64,000 bases of DNA from Hypanus sabinus (GCF_030144855.1 NC_082731.1:20646001-20710000), one strand, 5' to 3'; shown: positions 24,105 through 35,093, counted from the first letter of the stretch. The notes: generated by a model from the sequence alone, not told the origin. Program-made: numbers and translations.

Positions 24105-24837
24105 GAAAGACGTGGCCTAACCTTCAAGAAAAAAAAGTAGTCTGAAATAATGGTGATATCAAAGAAACCTGACACCCCAAACTGTAGGACGTATTGGGTA
24201 ATAAAATTCTGCAAAAAAAAATACACAGCTTCAGGTCCCTTGGATCATGTGAAACATCTTGTGGCAAATGAGAAACAGACATAAAAGCAAGAATAGCAAT
24301 GGCAAGAACAGCATTTACAGAAATGAGAAACATCCTAACTAAGAAGAAAGTGGGAACTGACACCCTCCTTAGATCTCTCAGCTGCTACATTCTTCCTATA
24401 TTGATGTATGGCTGCGAGTTATAGACCATCACAAATGCAATGGGAATAACGAATCAACGCAGCAGAAAAGCTGTTCCTCAGAAAAAAAATGCTTTGTATG
24501 TCATAGACGCACAGGATAACCAACGAAGAAGTTCGACAGAGAACGAAACGAAAACGTACATTACTTAAAAAAAAAAGATCACAAAACATCAATCAAAATT
24601 ATTTGGTCACATCATGCGAAGAGAGACATTAGAACATTTAGTTACAACTGGAAAGATGAAAGGATAAACATGCAGAGACAAACAGGGAGAGAAAATGATA
24701 GATGGAGTAACATCATGGTTAGAAACAGAGGAGGCAACAGCGACAATTCAGTGGGTCAGGGACCGTGACGGATGGAGAGACGATCGCTAACGCCAAACGG
24801 CAAGTGACCTGAATGAACGAGAGAGAATCATAAATAA
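24105..24837 (+). mobile_element. RTE-clade LINE 3' fragment
   Basis: Decayed DIKARIAMARTAFTEMRNIL..ILMYGCE..LFGHIMRRETLEHLVTTGK. Putative TSD ATAGAGAGT at 24096-24104 and 24838-24846. Confidence 0.8.
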
Positions 24838-25032
24838 ATAGAGAGTCTGTTAGTTCCACTCACGTTAAATAGGTTCAGCACTGACTTTCACGTTTCAACT
24901 TCTGGTTCGCTAAAAAAAATTACGCAAGTTTACAACCAAGTGAAGGCTGTAGCGTACCTGACATCATTCTCGCAAATCTGTGGTATTAGCCTCTTGTTAT
25001 CTGGCGTAAGACCGCGCGTGAAAGCAGACACC

Positions 25033-25240
25033 ATGTGCGTCCTTGATCCTTACTGATTATATCGTGAACGCTGCCTGGAGAATCGCAGGGACAATGGGAA
25101 CACATGATGAGCAGCCATTTTGTCCTTCTTCTGGAGAAGCGTGTGGGAAAGATCTAGCACTCAGCATGGACGATTAAGTGAAGAATAATCGTAATGCTCA
25201 ACTTCAGTTACACATCCGCAAGTGCCTGGATATTCCACCG
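25033..25240 (+). pseudogene. Family D copy D4 (followed by CR1 fragment ~25260-25520)
   Basis: AGACACC-ATG at 25033, TGACATCA at 24959-24966, FR1 remnant, same CR1 junction. Confidence 0.6.
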
Positions 25241-26098
25241 GTCTTTTCAATTTCTTTCCGTGAAGAAGGAAGATGAGGGATAACTCAATAGCTGTGCATA
25301 ATATGTCAAGAGGCATAGATGGAGAGGACCATCAGCTCTTTGACCTAAGGGTGGAAATGGCAAATGCGAGATTGCGATATTTTAATGCGATTGGAGGTAA
25401 TCAGAAGGGGCAGGCCGATGTCAGTGTTTTTTAAACAAAGATAGCGCTAGCTACACAGAGTATGCTTTCAGTTGTCTATTGGCCTGGATAGCAGATTGGC
25501 TCCCTAACTGGAAACAAAGATTAGGGAATAACTAGATGAACACTTGCTACCATTAAATAACTAGTTCATTGCCGGAGTTTGAGAAATATTAACCGACTGG
25601 ACTATTGTGGGATATATCACAAAACAACAAACGAAGCAAATAAATAAATTAACTACTGTACTTCCAGCGCTACACTGTCGATATTGAAGAAGCGACCGTG
25701 TGAAGAATTCTTAATGAGTTATGATTGCACATTGAAAGGTTGTTGAATATGTTCTGATTATGCAGTGAAAGGGGTAATAAAGGCAGTCGGGTACACTATG
25801 AGAGAAAGAGAGAGAGAGAGTGATTGTCTCAGACAAAGAATGATTGCTTGAACCATATACAACTATCCACAATACCGAGAATGAGCGGAAAAACATGCAG
25901 AATGACGTATGAAAAAAAACATATTCTTATAGGTGCCCAGAAAGTTTCGGTTCATTGTGTCAGCCAATCCTTTAAACAGGAAAACGCCCCCGCTCTTACA
26001 TCAGGTGAAAAGTAATGCTGAAAAAAACAGAATATCTATGAGGGATAATTTCGTCGTGTAAGGAATCTGCCGTTCAATTCAGCCAGAAATTAGACATC

Positions 26099-26530
26099 AT
26101 GATTTCCCTCTGTTTATTAATGATTGCATTGGCTGTGCTGCCTGGTGAGTGTCTGCGAAAGTGGTCAGCGAATTTGTCTGGCGTTCATTGCAAATCAGTG
26201 TTGTTGATGGATTCTGTCCTTTATTGCAGGAGCAAGTGGGAAAGATTCAGTGACGCAGGATCCTCCCGACTTCACGGCCAAGGAAGGAGAGAACATAACA
26301 TTGAACTGTAATTTCACTTATAATGATCCAGATATATTTTGGTACATTCAACATAGTGAAGGACCTCCAAATTATTTGCTGAGGGTAACTAGCACTGGAG
26401 GAACGAAACGGCATCCAGACTGCCCATTGAGGTTTACCGCTAGTTTGCAGAAAGCCAGCAATACGGCACAATTGAATATCAGTGATGTTCTCGTCTCGGA
26501 GTCTGGCCTGTATCTCTGTGCAATGAGTAC
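26099..26530 (+). CDS. TRAV: Functional-looking TCR alpha/delta V segment A4 (exons 26099-26144, 26230-26530)
   Basis: MISLCLLMIALAVLPGASGKDSVTQDPPDFTAKEGENITLNCNFTYNDPDIFWYIQHSEGPPNYLLRVTSTGGTKRHPDCPLRFTASLQKASNTAQLNISDVLVSESGLYLCAMS. Canonical Cys-Trp-Cys, GT-AG intron, 23-RSS. TRAV versus TRDV cannot be resolved here. Confidence 0.92.
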
Positions 26531-26569
26531 CACATTGCTTTACGGAAACGGCGAGTCCGTACAGAAACT
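26531..26569 (+). other. 23-RSS of A4
   Basis: CACATTG, 23 bp, ACAGAAACT. Confidence 0.95.
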
Positions 26570-26593
26570 AGTCCTGTATAATTCAAAAAGCTG

Positions 26594-26607
26594 TCACAGG
26601 AGGGCGC
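26594..26607 (+). promoter_or_regulatory. CTCF-like motif downstream of the RSS (representative; copies listed in findings)
   Basis: TCACAGGAGGGCGC versus CTCF core CCASYAGRKGGCRS, 24 bp after the nonamer. Positionally conserved after the A and B RSSs. Confidence 0.6.
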
Positions 26608-27439
26608 CTTTTCGCTGCGAATCTGGAAGGGTGCGAACCCAGAAATCATGCATGGTCACGTGCCCTGCTTAAGAGCGCTGTAAGCAGCAGCACAAGGCGC
26701 CGCAGCTGACGGAACAGTTCCTGATTGCAAGGCATAAGCGAAACAGCATTTCCCGAATAACGCAATATGCATTCGCCCACCTTCTTTTGCAGTAAGAGTG
26801 TATAACGATGGACAGCTTTGACTGACATTGTCTTTGACTATTTTGTTCGTTTGTCTGCAAGGGAAAGTAATAAAGACGGATTGGAACCGAGATATATTTA
26901 TGGTGGTCAATGGCTGGCCAAAGGGAAACAGAAGTTGGCAAAATTGATGCTTTCCAGAATGACAACGAATTGCAAGTGGCATGCTACTGAAACCCACAGA
27001 ATTACAACCCACTGAAAATAAGCAAAATACAACAGCTACTCATTACATACTGTGTATATAGATAATCGGACAGAAACTGCGGATGTTTAGCGTGATATGA
27101 ATGGTCAATTTTCGTCGGTGTATTACTGTACTGTGTGGAAGAGGTACAGTGTTGGAAGTAACATTGTGGTTATGATACATACAGGCGACCGCATACTACC
27201 CTAAGATGCATACTTTGAATACATTTTCAGTATAGAAGACCCTGAGAGGCAGAGAGGGAATGGGATCACAAATGATATCTTGTATAACCCTGTTTCCCAA
27301 CCAGATTTTACTGATCTGATCACTGAAAGCCCAAAGCAGCACAGCGTGAGAGAAAGAGAGAGAGAGACAGAGAGAGACACACACACACAGAGAAAGTGAG
27401 AGAGAGAGCGAGGGAGAGAGAGAGAGAGGGATGTATGGG

Positions 27440-27760
27440 TGATCTTCTAAGAGCGAATGAATGTTTAGAAAGACGAACAGCAATGAAGCAGAGTCTAATT
27501 GTCGCTGTGAAAGATTTCGGTACTTTATTTCAGATAATCCAAAAAACAGGGAATTGCACTGGAGTTACACAAGGTGAAAGCTCTCGTTGAAACGACCGCA
27601 TATCTGTTGAGTGACAATTGCGTCCTGAATCTGCCGTTAGATCCAGACAGAGATTAGACACCATTAGAAATCATGCATGGTCACGTTAATAGCTCTGTAA
27701 GCAGCAATACAAGCCGCCGATGCTGAAGAAACAGTTCCTGATTGCAAGGCGTAAGCGAAC
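27440..27760 (+). pseudogene. Empty V site: promoter up to ACACC-AT fused to post-RSS flank. Junctions at ~27663, ~30612, ~33607, ~34709, ~37618
   Basis: AGACACCAT|TAGAAATCATGCATGGTCACG. The right part equals 26641 onward of A4, so leader, V, RSS and CTCF-like motif (~540 bp) are missing. Confidence 0.8.
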
Positions 27761-28032
27761 AATCTTCAATGTTAATCTCTCGAGAAAGTTAAAAATGAAG
27801 TCCAGCCAAAAAATAATTACAAGTTATTCTGATAGGCAGCAAGGCGACTGTCACCAACATTCAGAAAGCTGCCATAATATCCAGATGTAAAGCCAAATTC
27901 ATGAACTGTGCCACACGTTTCCGCGCATTTTGCTGCTGAATGCAGCTTTTCAAATCAGCCACGTGATCTTCACGCTTTCTGCGTGTTACTGCTCCCCAGC
28001 AAAAGGGCGCCCTCTATTGATCACGCATCGCA

Positions 28033-28495
28033 CGAATTTGAGCAGATCCGCTGCTTCCCTGCAACACTGAAGAGTCCTTTGTGCAGAGGTATACACCAGA
28101 GTCCGGGAATAGAGTTCCAGAGATACATAAATAAGATGAACCTGCGTATGTGCATAACAGCTGTAAACATCGCTGGACATTTTGAGGCTGCTCGAGTTTT
28201 CTACCGCAATATCGCTTCAGCAGTTTTCAGGAGATTCTCCGCGATGATGAGTGTATTAAACATGTTTGTGTTAGTTGGTGTAATTGCATTTCAGCGTTAT
28301 CATCTGACTTTCGTCAGCCGATAATTTAGGAGCATCCTGATCACAGAATTGTACTTTCTCTTTCCTGCAAAATAGAACGGAAAGCAGTGACTTCCCTGAC
28401 TTGCTCTGAACTGTCCTCTCGTTGCTCATGTGTGCAGTGTCTTAGCTGTCAGAATGGCGAATGAATCCTATAAGAAACTGAAGAGCACTTACAGA
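28033..28495 (-). pseudogene. Inverted family B pseudogene iB1 (within inverted block ~27761-28750)
   Basis: Minus: TTGCAG|GAAAG..QDAPKLSADESQMITLKCNYT..DSGVYLCTKD. RSS TTCAGTG (28071-28065), 23 bp, TCAAATTCG (28041-28033). Stops and frameshifts. Confidence 0.88.
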
Positions 28496-28820
28496 ATCGC
28501 TTAAGCCCCGAAAGGATCACAATCCACTTACAACATTAATCAACGTGACAGGTAGTGGAGATTAAAACGTATCAGTAGTAGAATGAACGGTGCAATGCAC
28601 AAAGATTTCTAGATAAACCAGAACGAAAACTATATGAGCACTACGCAGATTTCAGTTACGTTGAAACCCCGTTTTTGCCTTTTCACACGCAATAAACCTC
28701 TACTTCTCTGTCTCCCCCTCCATCTCTTTCTTTCACCCCTATTGCAGTCCGGAATGAACAGAGAGGACGCATGGCGTCATGGAGAAACAGGCAGCATGAC
28801 GTATGAAAGGAAAACAGATT

Positions 28821-28959
28821 CTGATTGGTGCTCAGAAAGTCTCGGTTCATTGTTTCAGCCAATCCTTTAACCAGGAAAACGCCCCCGCTTATACATTAGG
28901 TGAAAGAAATCGCTGAAAAGACCTCACACCGCACTATCTATTGAGTGATAATTACGTCG
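28821..28959 (+). promoter_or_regulatory. Family A V promoter module: inverted CCAAT + CCAAT + CRE-like element
   Basis: CTGATTGGTG (28821-28830), CAGCCAATCC (28856-28865), AGTGATAATTACGTCG ending ~43 bp upstream of ATG. Conserved upstream of most A copies. Confidence 0.55.
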
Positions 28960-29001
28960 TGGAAGGAATCTGCCGTTCAATTCAGCCAGAAGTTAGACAT
29001 C

Positions 29002-29432
29002 ATGATTTCCTTCTGTTTACAAATGATTGCATTGGCTGTGCTGCCTGGTGAGTGTCTGCGAAAGTGGTCAGCGAATTTGTCTGGCGTTCATTGCAAATCA
29101 ATGTTGTTGATGGTTCTGTCCTTTATTGCAGGAGTAAGTGGGAAAGATTCAGTGACGCAGGATCCTATCGACCTCACGTCCAAGGAAGGAGAGAACATAA
29201 CACTGAACTGTAGTTTCACTTATAATGATCCATACATCTTTTGGTACATTCAACATAGTGGAGAACCTCCAAATTATTTGCTGAAAGTAACAAGCACAGG
29301 AGGAACGCAACGGCATTCAGGGTGCCCATTGAGGTTCTCCGCTAGTTTGCAGAAAGACAGCAATACGGCACAATTGAATATCAGTGAAGCTCTCGTGTCG
29401 GACTCTGGCGTGTATCTCTGTGCAATGAGTAC
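29002..29432 (+). CDS. TRAV: Functional-looking TCR alpha/delta V segment A5 (exons 29002-29047, 29132-29432)
   Basis: Open frame ..KDSVTQDPIDLTSKEGENITLNCSFTYNDPYIFWYIQHSGEPPNYLLKVTSTGGTQRHSGCPLRFSASLQKDSNTAQLNISEALVSDSGVYLCAMS. RSS CACACTG 29433-29439, 23 bp, ACAGAAACT 29463-29471. Confidence 0.92.
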
Positions 29433-30981
29433 CACACTGTTTTACTGAAACGGCGAGTCCGTACAGAAACTAGTCCTGTATAATTCAAAAAGCTGTCACA
29501 GGAGGGCGCCTTTTCGCTGCGAATCTGGAAGGGTGCGAACCGAGAAATCATGCATGGTCACGTGCACTGCTAAAGAGCGCTGTCAGCAGCATCACAAGGC
29601 GCCGAAGCTGACGGAACAGTTCCTGATTGCAAGGCGTAAGCGAAGCATCATTTCATGAATAACGCAATGTGCATTCGCCCAACTTCTTTTGCTGTTAGAG
29701 TCTCTAACGATGGACAGCTTTGACTGACATTGTCTTTGACTACTTTGTTCGTTTGTCTGCAAGGGAAAGTAATAAAGACGGATTGGAACCAAGATATATT
29801 TAAGGTGGTCAATGTCTGGCCAAAGGAAAACAGAAGTTGGCAAAATTGATGCTTTCCAGAATGACAACGAATTGCAAGTGGCATGCTACTGAAACCCACA
29901 GATTCACAACCCACTGAAATTAAGCAAAATACCACAGCTACTCATTACATACTGTGTATTTAGATAATCGGACAGAAACTGCGGATGTTTAGCGTGATAT
30001 GAATGGTCAATTTTCGTCGCTGTATTCCTGTACTGTGTGGAACAGTTTCAGTGTTGGAAGTAACATTGTGGTTATGATACATACAGGCGACCGCATACTG
30101 CCCGAAGATACATACTTTGAATACATTTTCAGTATAGAAGACCCTGAGAGGCAGAGAGGGAATGGGATCACAAATGATATCTTGTATAACCCTGTTTCCC
30201 ACCAGATTTTACTGATCTGATCACTGAAAGCCCNNNNNNNNNNNNNNNNNNNNNNNNNNNNNNNNNNNNNNNNNNNNNNNNNNNNNNNNNNNNNNNNNNN
30301 NNNNNNNNNNNNNNNNNNNNNNNNNNNNNNNNNNNNNNNNNNNNNNNNNNNNNNNNNNNNNNNNNNNNNNNNNNNNNNNNNNNNNNNNNNNNNNNNNAAG
30401 AGCGAATGAATGTTTAGAAAGACGAACAGCAATGAAGCAGAGTCTAATTGTCGCTGTGAAAGATTTCCGTGCTTTATTTCAGATAATCCAAAAAACAGGG
30501 AATTGCCCTGGAGTTACACAAGGTGAAAACTCTCGCTGAAACGACCGCATATCTGTTGAGTGATAATTGCGTCCTGAATCTGCCGTTAGATCCAGACAGA
30601 AATGAGACACCATTAGAAATCATGCATGGTCACGTTGATAGCGTTGTAAGCAGCAGCACAAGGCGCCGATGCTGAAGAAACAGTTCCTGATTGCAAGGCG
30701 TAAGCGAACAATCTTCACTGTTAATCTCTCGAGAAAGTTAAAAATGAAGTCCAGCCGAAAAATAATTACAAGTCATTCTGATAGGCAGCAAGGAGACTGT
30801 CACCAACATTCAGAAAGCTGCCATAATATCCAGATGTAAAGCCAAATTCATGAACTGTGCCACACGTTTCCGCGCATTTTGCTGCTGAATGCAGCTTTTC
30901 AAATCAGCCACGTGATCTTCACGCTTTCTGCGTGTTACTGCTCCCCAGCAAAAGGGCGCCCTCTATTGATCACGCATCGCA

Positions 30982-31444
30982 CGAATTTGAGCAGATCCGC
31001 TGCTTCCCTGCAATACTGAAGAGTCCTTTGTGCAGAGGTATACACCAGAGTCCGGGAATAGAGTTCCAGAGATACATAAATAAGATGAATCTGCGTATGT
31101 GCATAACAGCTGTAAACCTCGCTGGACATTTTGTGGCTGCTCGAGTTTTCTACAGCAATATCGATTCAGCAGTTTGCAGGAGATTCTCCGCGATGATGAG
31201 TGTATTAAACATGTTTGTGTTAGTTGGTGCAATTGCATTTCAGCGTTATCATCTGACTTTCTTCAGCCGATAATTTCGGAGCATCCTGATCACAGAATTG
31301 TACTTTCTCTTTCCTGCAAAATAGAACGGAAAGCAGTGACTTCCCTGACTTGCTCTGAACTGTCCTCTCGCTGCTCATGTGTGCAGTGTCTTAGCTGTCA
31401 GGATGTCGAATGAATCCTATAAGAAACTGAAGGGCACTTACTGA
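30982..31444 (-). pseudogene. Inverted family B pseudogene iB2
   Basis: iB1 + 2949 bp; heptamer TTCAGTA. Confidence 0.88.
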
Positions 31445-31950
31445 CTCGCTTAAGCCCCGAAAGGATCACAATCCACTTACAACATTAATCAACGTGACAG
31501 ATAGTGGAGATTAAAACATTTCAGAAGTAGAATGAACGGTGCAATGCACAAAGATTTCTAGATAAACCAGAACGAAAACTATATGAGCACTAATCAGATT
31601 TTAGTTACGTTGAAACCCCGTTTTTGCCTTTTCACACGCAATAAACCTCTACTTCTCTGTCTCCCTCTCCATCTGTTTCTTTCACCACTATTGCAATCCG
31701 GAATGAACAGAGAGGACGCATGGCGTCATGGAGAAACAGGCAGCATGACGTATGAAAGGAAAACAGATTCTGATTGGTGCTCAGAAAGTCTCGGTTCATT
31801 GTTTCAGCCAATCCTTTAACCAGGAAAACGCCCCCGCTTATACATCAGGTGAAAGAAATCGCTGAAAAGACCTCACACCGCAATATCTATTGAGTGATAA
31901 TTACGTCGTGGAAGGAATCAGCCGTTCAATTCAGCCAGAAGTTAGACATC

Positions 31951-32381
31951 ATGATTTCCTTCTGTTTACAAATGATTGCATTGGCTGTGCTGCCTGGTGA
32001 GTGTCTGCGAAAGTGGTCAGCGAATTTGTCTGGCGTTCATTGCAAATCAATGTTGTTGATGGTTCTGTCCTTTATTGCAGGAGTAAGTGGGAAAGATTCA
32101 GTGACGCAGGATCCTCCCGACCTCACGTCCAAGGAAGGAGAGAACATAACACTGAACTGTAGTTTCACTTATAATGATCCATACATCTTTTGGTACATTC
32201 AACATAGTGGAGAACCTCCAAATTATTTGCTGAAGGTAACACGCACAGGAGGAACGCAACGGCATTCAGGGTGCCCATTGAGGTTCTCCGCTAGTTTGCA
32301 GAAAGATAGCAATACGGCACAATTGAATATCAGTGAAGCTCTCGTGTCGGACTCTGGCGTGTATCTCTGTGCAATGAGTAC
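31951..32381 (+). CDS. TRAV: Functional-looking TCR alpha/delta V segment A6 (exons 31951-31996, 32081-32381)
   Basis: Near-identical to A5 (DPP, VTRT). RSS 32382-32420 CACACTG/23/ACAGAAACT. Confidence 0.92.
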
Positions 32382-33392
32382 CACACTGTTTTACGGAAAC
32401 GGCGAGTCCGTACAGAAACTAGTCCTGTATAATTCAAAAAGCTGTCACAGGAGGGCGCCTTTTCGCTGCGAATCTGGAAGGGTGCGAACCGAGAAATCAT
32501 GCATGGTCACGTGCACTGCTTAAGAGCGCTGTCAGCAGCATCACAAGGCGCCGAAGCTGACGGAACAGTTCCTGATTGCAAGGCGTAAGCGAAGCATCAT
32601 TTCATGAATAACGCAATGTGCATTCGCCCATCTTCTTTTGCTGTTAGAGTCTCTAACGATGGACAGCTTTGACTGGCATTGTCTTTGACTACTTTGTTCG
32701 TTTGTCTGCAAGGGAAAATAATAAAGACGGATTGGAACCAAGATATATTTAAGGTGGTCAATGTCTGGCCAAAGGAAAACAGAAGTTGGCAAAATTGATG
32801 CTTTCCAGAATGACAACGAATTGCAAGTGGCATGCTACTGAAACCCACAGATTCACAACCCACTGAAATTAAGCAAAATACCACAGCTACTCATTACATA
32901 CTGTGTATTTAGATAATCGGACAGAAACTGCGGATGTTTAGCGTGATATGAATGGTCAATTTTCGTCGCTGTATTCCTGTACTGTGTGGAACAGTTTCAG
33001 TGTTGGAAGTAACATTGTGGTTATGATACATACAGGCGACCGCATACTACCCGAAGATACATACTTTGAATACATTTTCAGTATAGAAGACCCTGAGAGG
33101 CAGAGAGGGAATGGGATCACAAATGATATCTTGTATAACCCTGTTTCCCACCAGATTTTACTGATCTGATCACTGAAAGCCCNNNNNNNNNNNNNNNNNN
33201 NNNNNNNNNNNNNNNNNNNNNNNNNNNNNNNNNNNNNNNNNNNNNNNNNNNNNNNNNNNNNNNNNNNNNNNNNNNNNNNNNNNNNNNNNNNNNNNNNNNN
33301 NNNNNNNNNNNNNNNNNNNNNNNNNNNNNNNNNNNNNNNNNNNNNNNNNNNNNNNNNNNNNNNNNNNNNNNNNNNNNNNNNNNNNNNNNNNN

Positions 33393-34291
33393 AAGAGCGA
33401 ATGAATGTTTAGAAAGACGAACAGCAATGAAGCAGAGTCTAATTGTCGCTGTGAAAGATTTCCGTGCTTTATTTCAGATAATCCAAAAAACAGGGAATTG
33501 CCCTGGAGTTACACAAGGTGAAAACTCTCGCTGAAACGACCGCATATCTGTTGAGTGATAATTGCGTCCTGAATCTGCCGTTAGATCCAGACAGAAATGA
33601 GACACCATTAGAAATCATGCATGGTCACGTTGATAGCGTTGTAAGCAGCAGCACAAGGCGCCGATGCTGAAGAAACAGTTCCTGATTGCAAGGCGTAAGC
33701 GAAGCATCATTTCATGAATAACGCAATGTGCATTCGCCCATCTTCTTTTGCTGTTAGAGTCTCTAACGATGGACAGCTTTGACTGACATTGTCTTTGACT
33801 ACTTTGTTCGTTTGTCTGCAAGGGAAAGTAATAAAGACGGATTGGAACCAAGATATACTTAAGGTGGTCAATGTCTGGCCAAAGGAAAACAGGTTGGCAA
33901 AATTGATGCTTTCCAGAATGACAACGAATTGCAAGTGGCATGCTACTGAAACCCACAGATTCACAACCCACTGAAATTAAGCAAAATACCACAGCTACTC
34001 ATTACATACTGTGTATTTAGATAATCGGACAGAAACTGCGGATGTTTAGCGTGATATGAATGGTCAATTTTCGTCGCTGTATTCCTGTACTGTGTGGAAC
34101 AGTTTCAGTGTTGGAAGTAACATTGTGGTTATGATACATACAGGCGACCGCATACTACCCGAAGATACATACTTTGAATACATTTTCAGTATAGAAGACC
34201 CTGAGAGGCAGAGAGGGAATGGGATCACAAATGATATCTTGTATAACCCTGTTTCACACCAGATTTTACTGATCTGATCACTGAAAGCCCA
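33393..34291 (+). repeat. Partial extra unit: empty V site joined to the A-type downstream spacer, skipping iB and A
   Basis: Switch occurs inside the shared CAGTTCCTGATTGCAAGGCGTAAGCGAA (~33676-33702). Flanked by N gaps on both sides. Confidence 0.75.
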
Positions 34292-35093
34292 NNNNNNNNN
34301 NNNNNNNNNNNNNNNNNNNNNNNNNNNNNNNNNNNNNNNNNNNNNNNNNNNNNNNNNNNNNNNNNNNNNNNNNNNNNNNNNNNNNNNNNNNNNNNNNNNN
34401 NNNNNNNNNNNNNNNNNNNNNNNNNNNNNNNNNNNNNNNNNNNNNNNNNNNNNNNNNNNNNNNNNNNNNNNNNNNNNNNNNNNNNNNNNNNNNNAAGAGC
34501 GAATGAATGTTTAGAAAGACGAACAGCAATGAAGCAGAGTCTAATTGTCGCTGTGAAAGATTTCCGTGCTTTATTTCAGATAATCCAAAAAACAGGGAAT
34601 TGCCCTGGAGTTACACAAGGTGTAAACTCTCGCTGAAACGACCGCATATCTGTTGAGTGATAATTGCGTCCTGAATCTGCCGTTAGATCCAGACAGAAAT
34701 GAGACACCATTAGAAATCATGCATGGTCACGTTGATAGCGTTGTAAGCAGCAGCACAAGGCGCCGATGCTGAAGAAACAGTTCCTGTTTTCAAGGCGTAA
34801 GCGAACAATCTTCACTGTTAATCTCTCGAGAAAGTGAAAAATGAAGTCCAGCAAAAAAATAATTACAAGTTATTCTGATAGGCACCAAGCCGACTTTGAC
34901 ACCAACATACCGTGCAAATGCTTCGGAAAGCCGCCATAATATCAAGAATTAAAGCCAAATTCATGAACTGTTCCACACGTTTCCGCGCATTTTGCTGCTG
35001 CATGCAGCATTTCAAATCAACCACTTGATCTTTGCGTTTTCTGCTTTACTGCTACATCAGCAAAAGGGCGCCCTCTATTGATCACGCATCGCA

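Noticed and set aside
27655-27690. Empty V site as a germline RAG-mediated excision
   Set aside because: The 3' breakpoint lies ~71 bp beyond the nonamer and the 5' breakpoint is at the ATG; neither is at a heptamer border.
26531-28071. A RSS and inverted-B RSS face each other like a deletional recombination pair
   Set aside because: Both have 23-bp spacers, violating the 12/23 rule, and the B heptamer lacks CAC.
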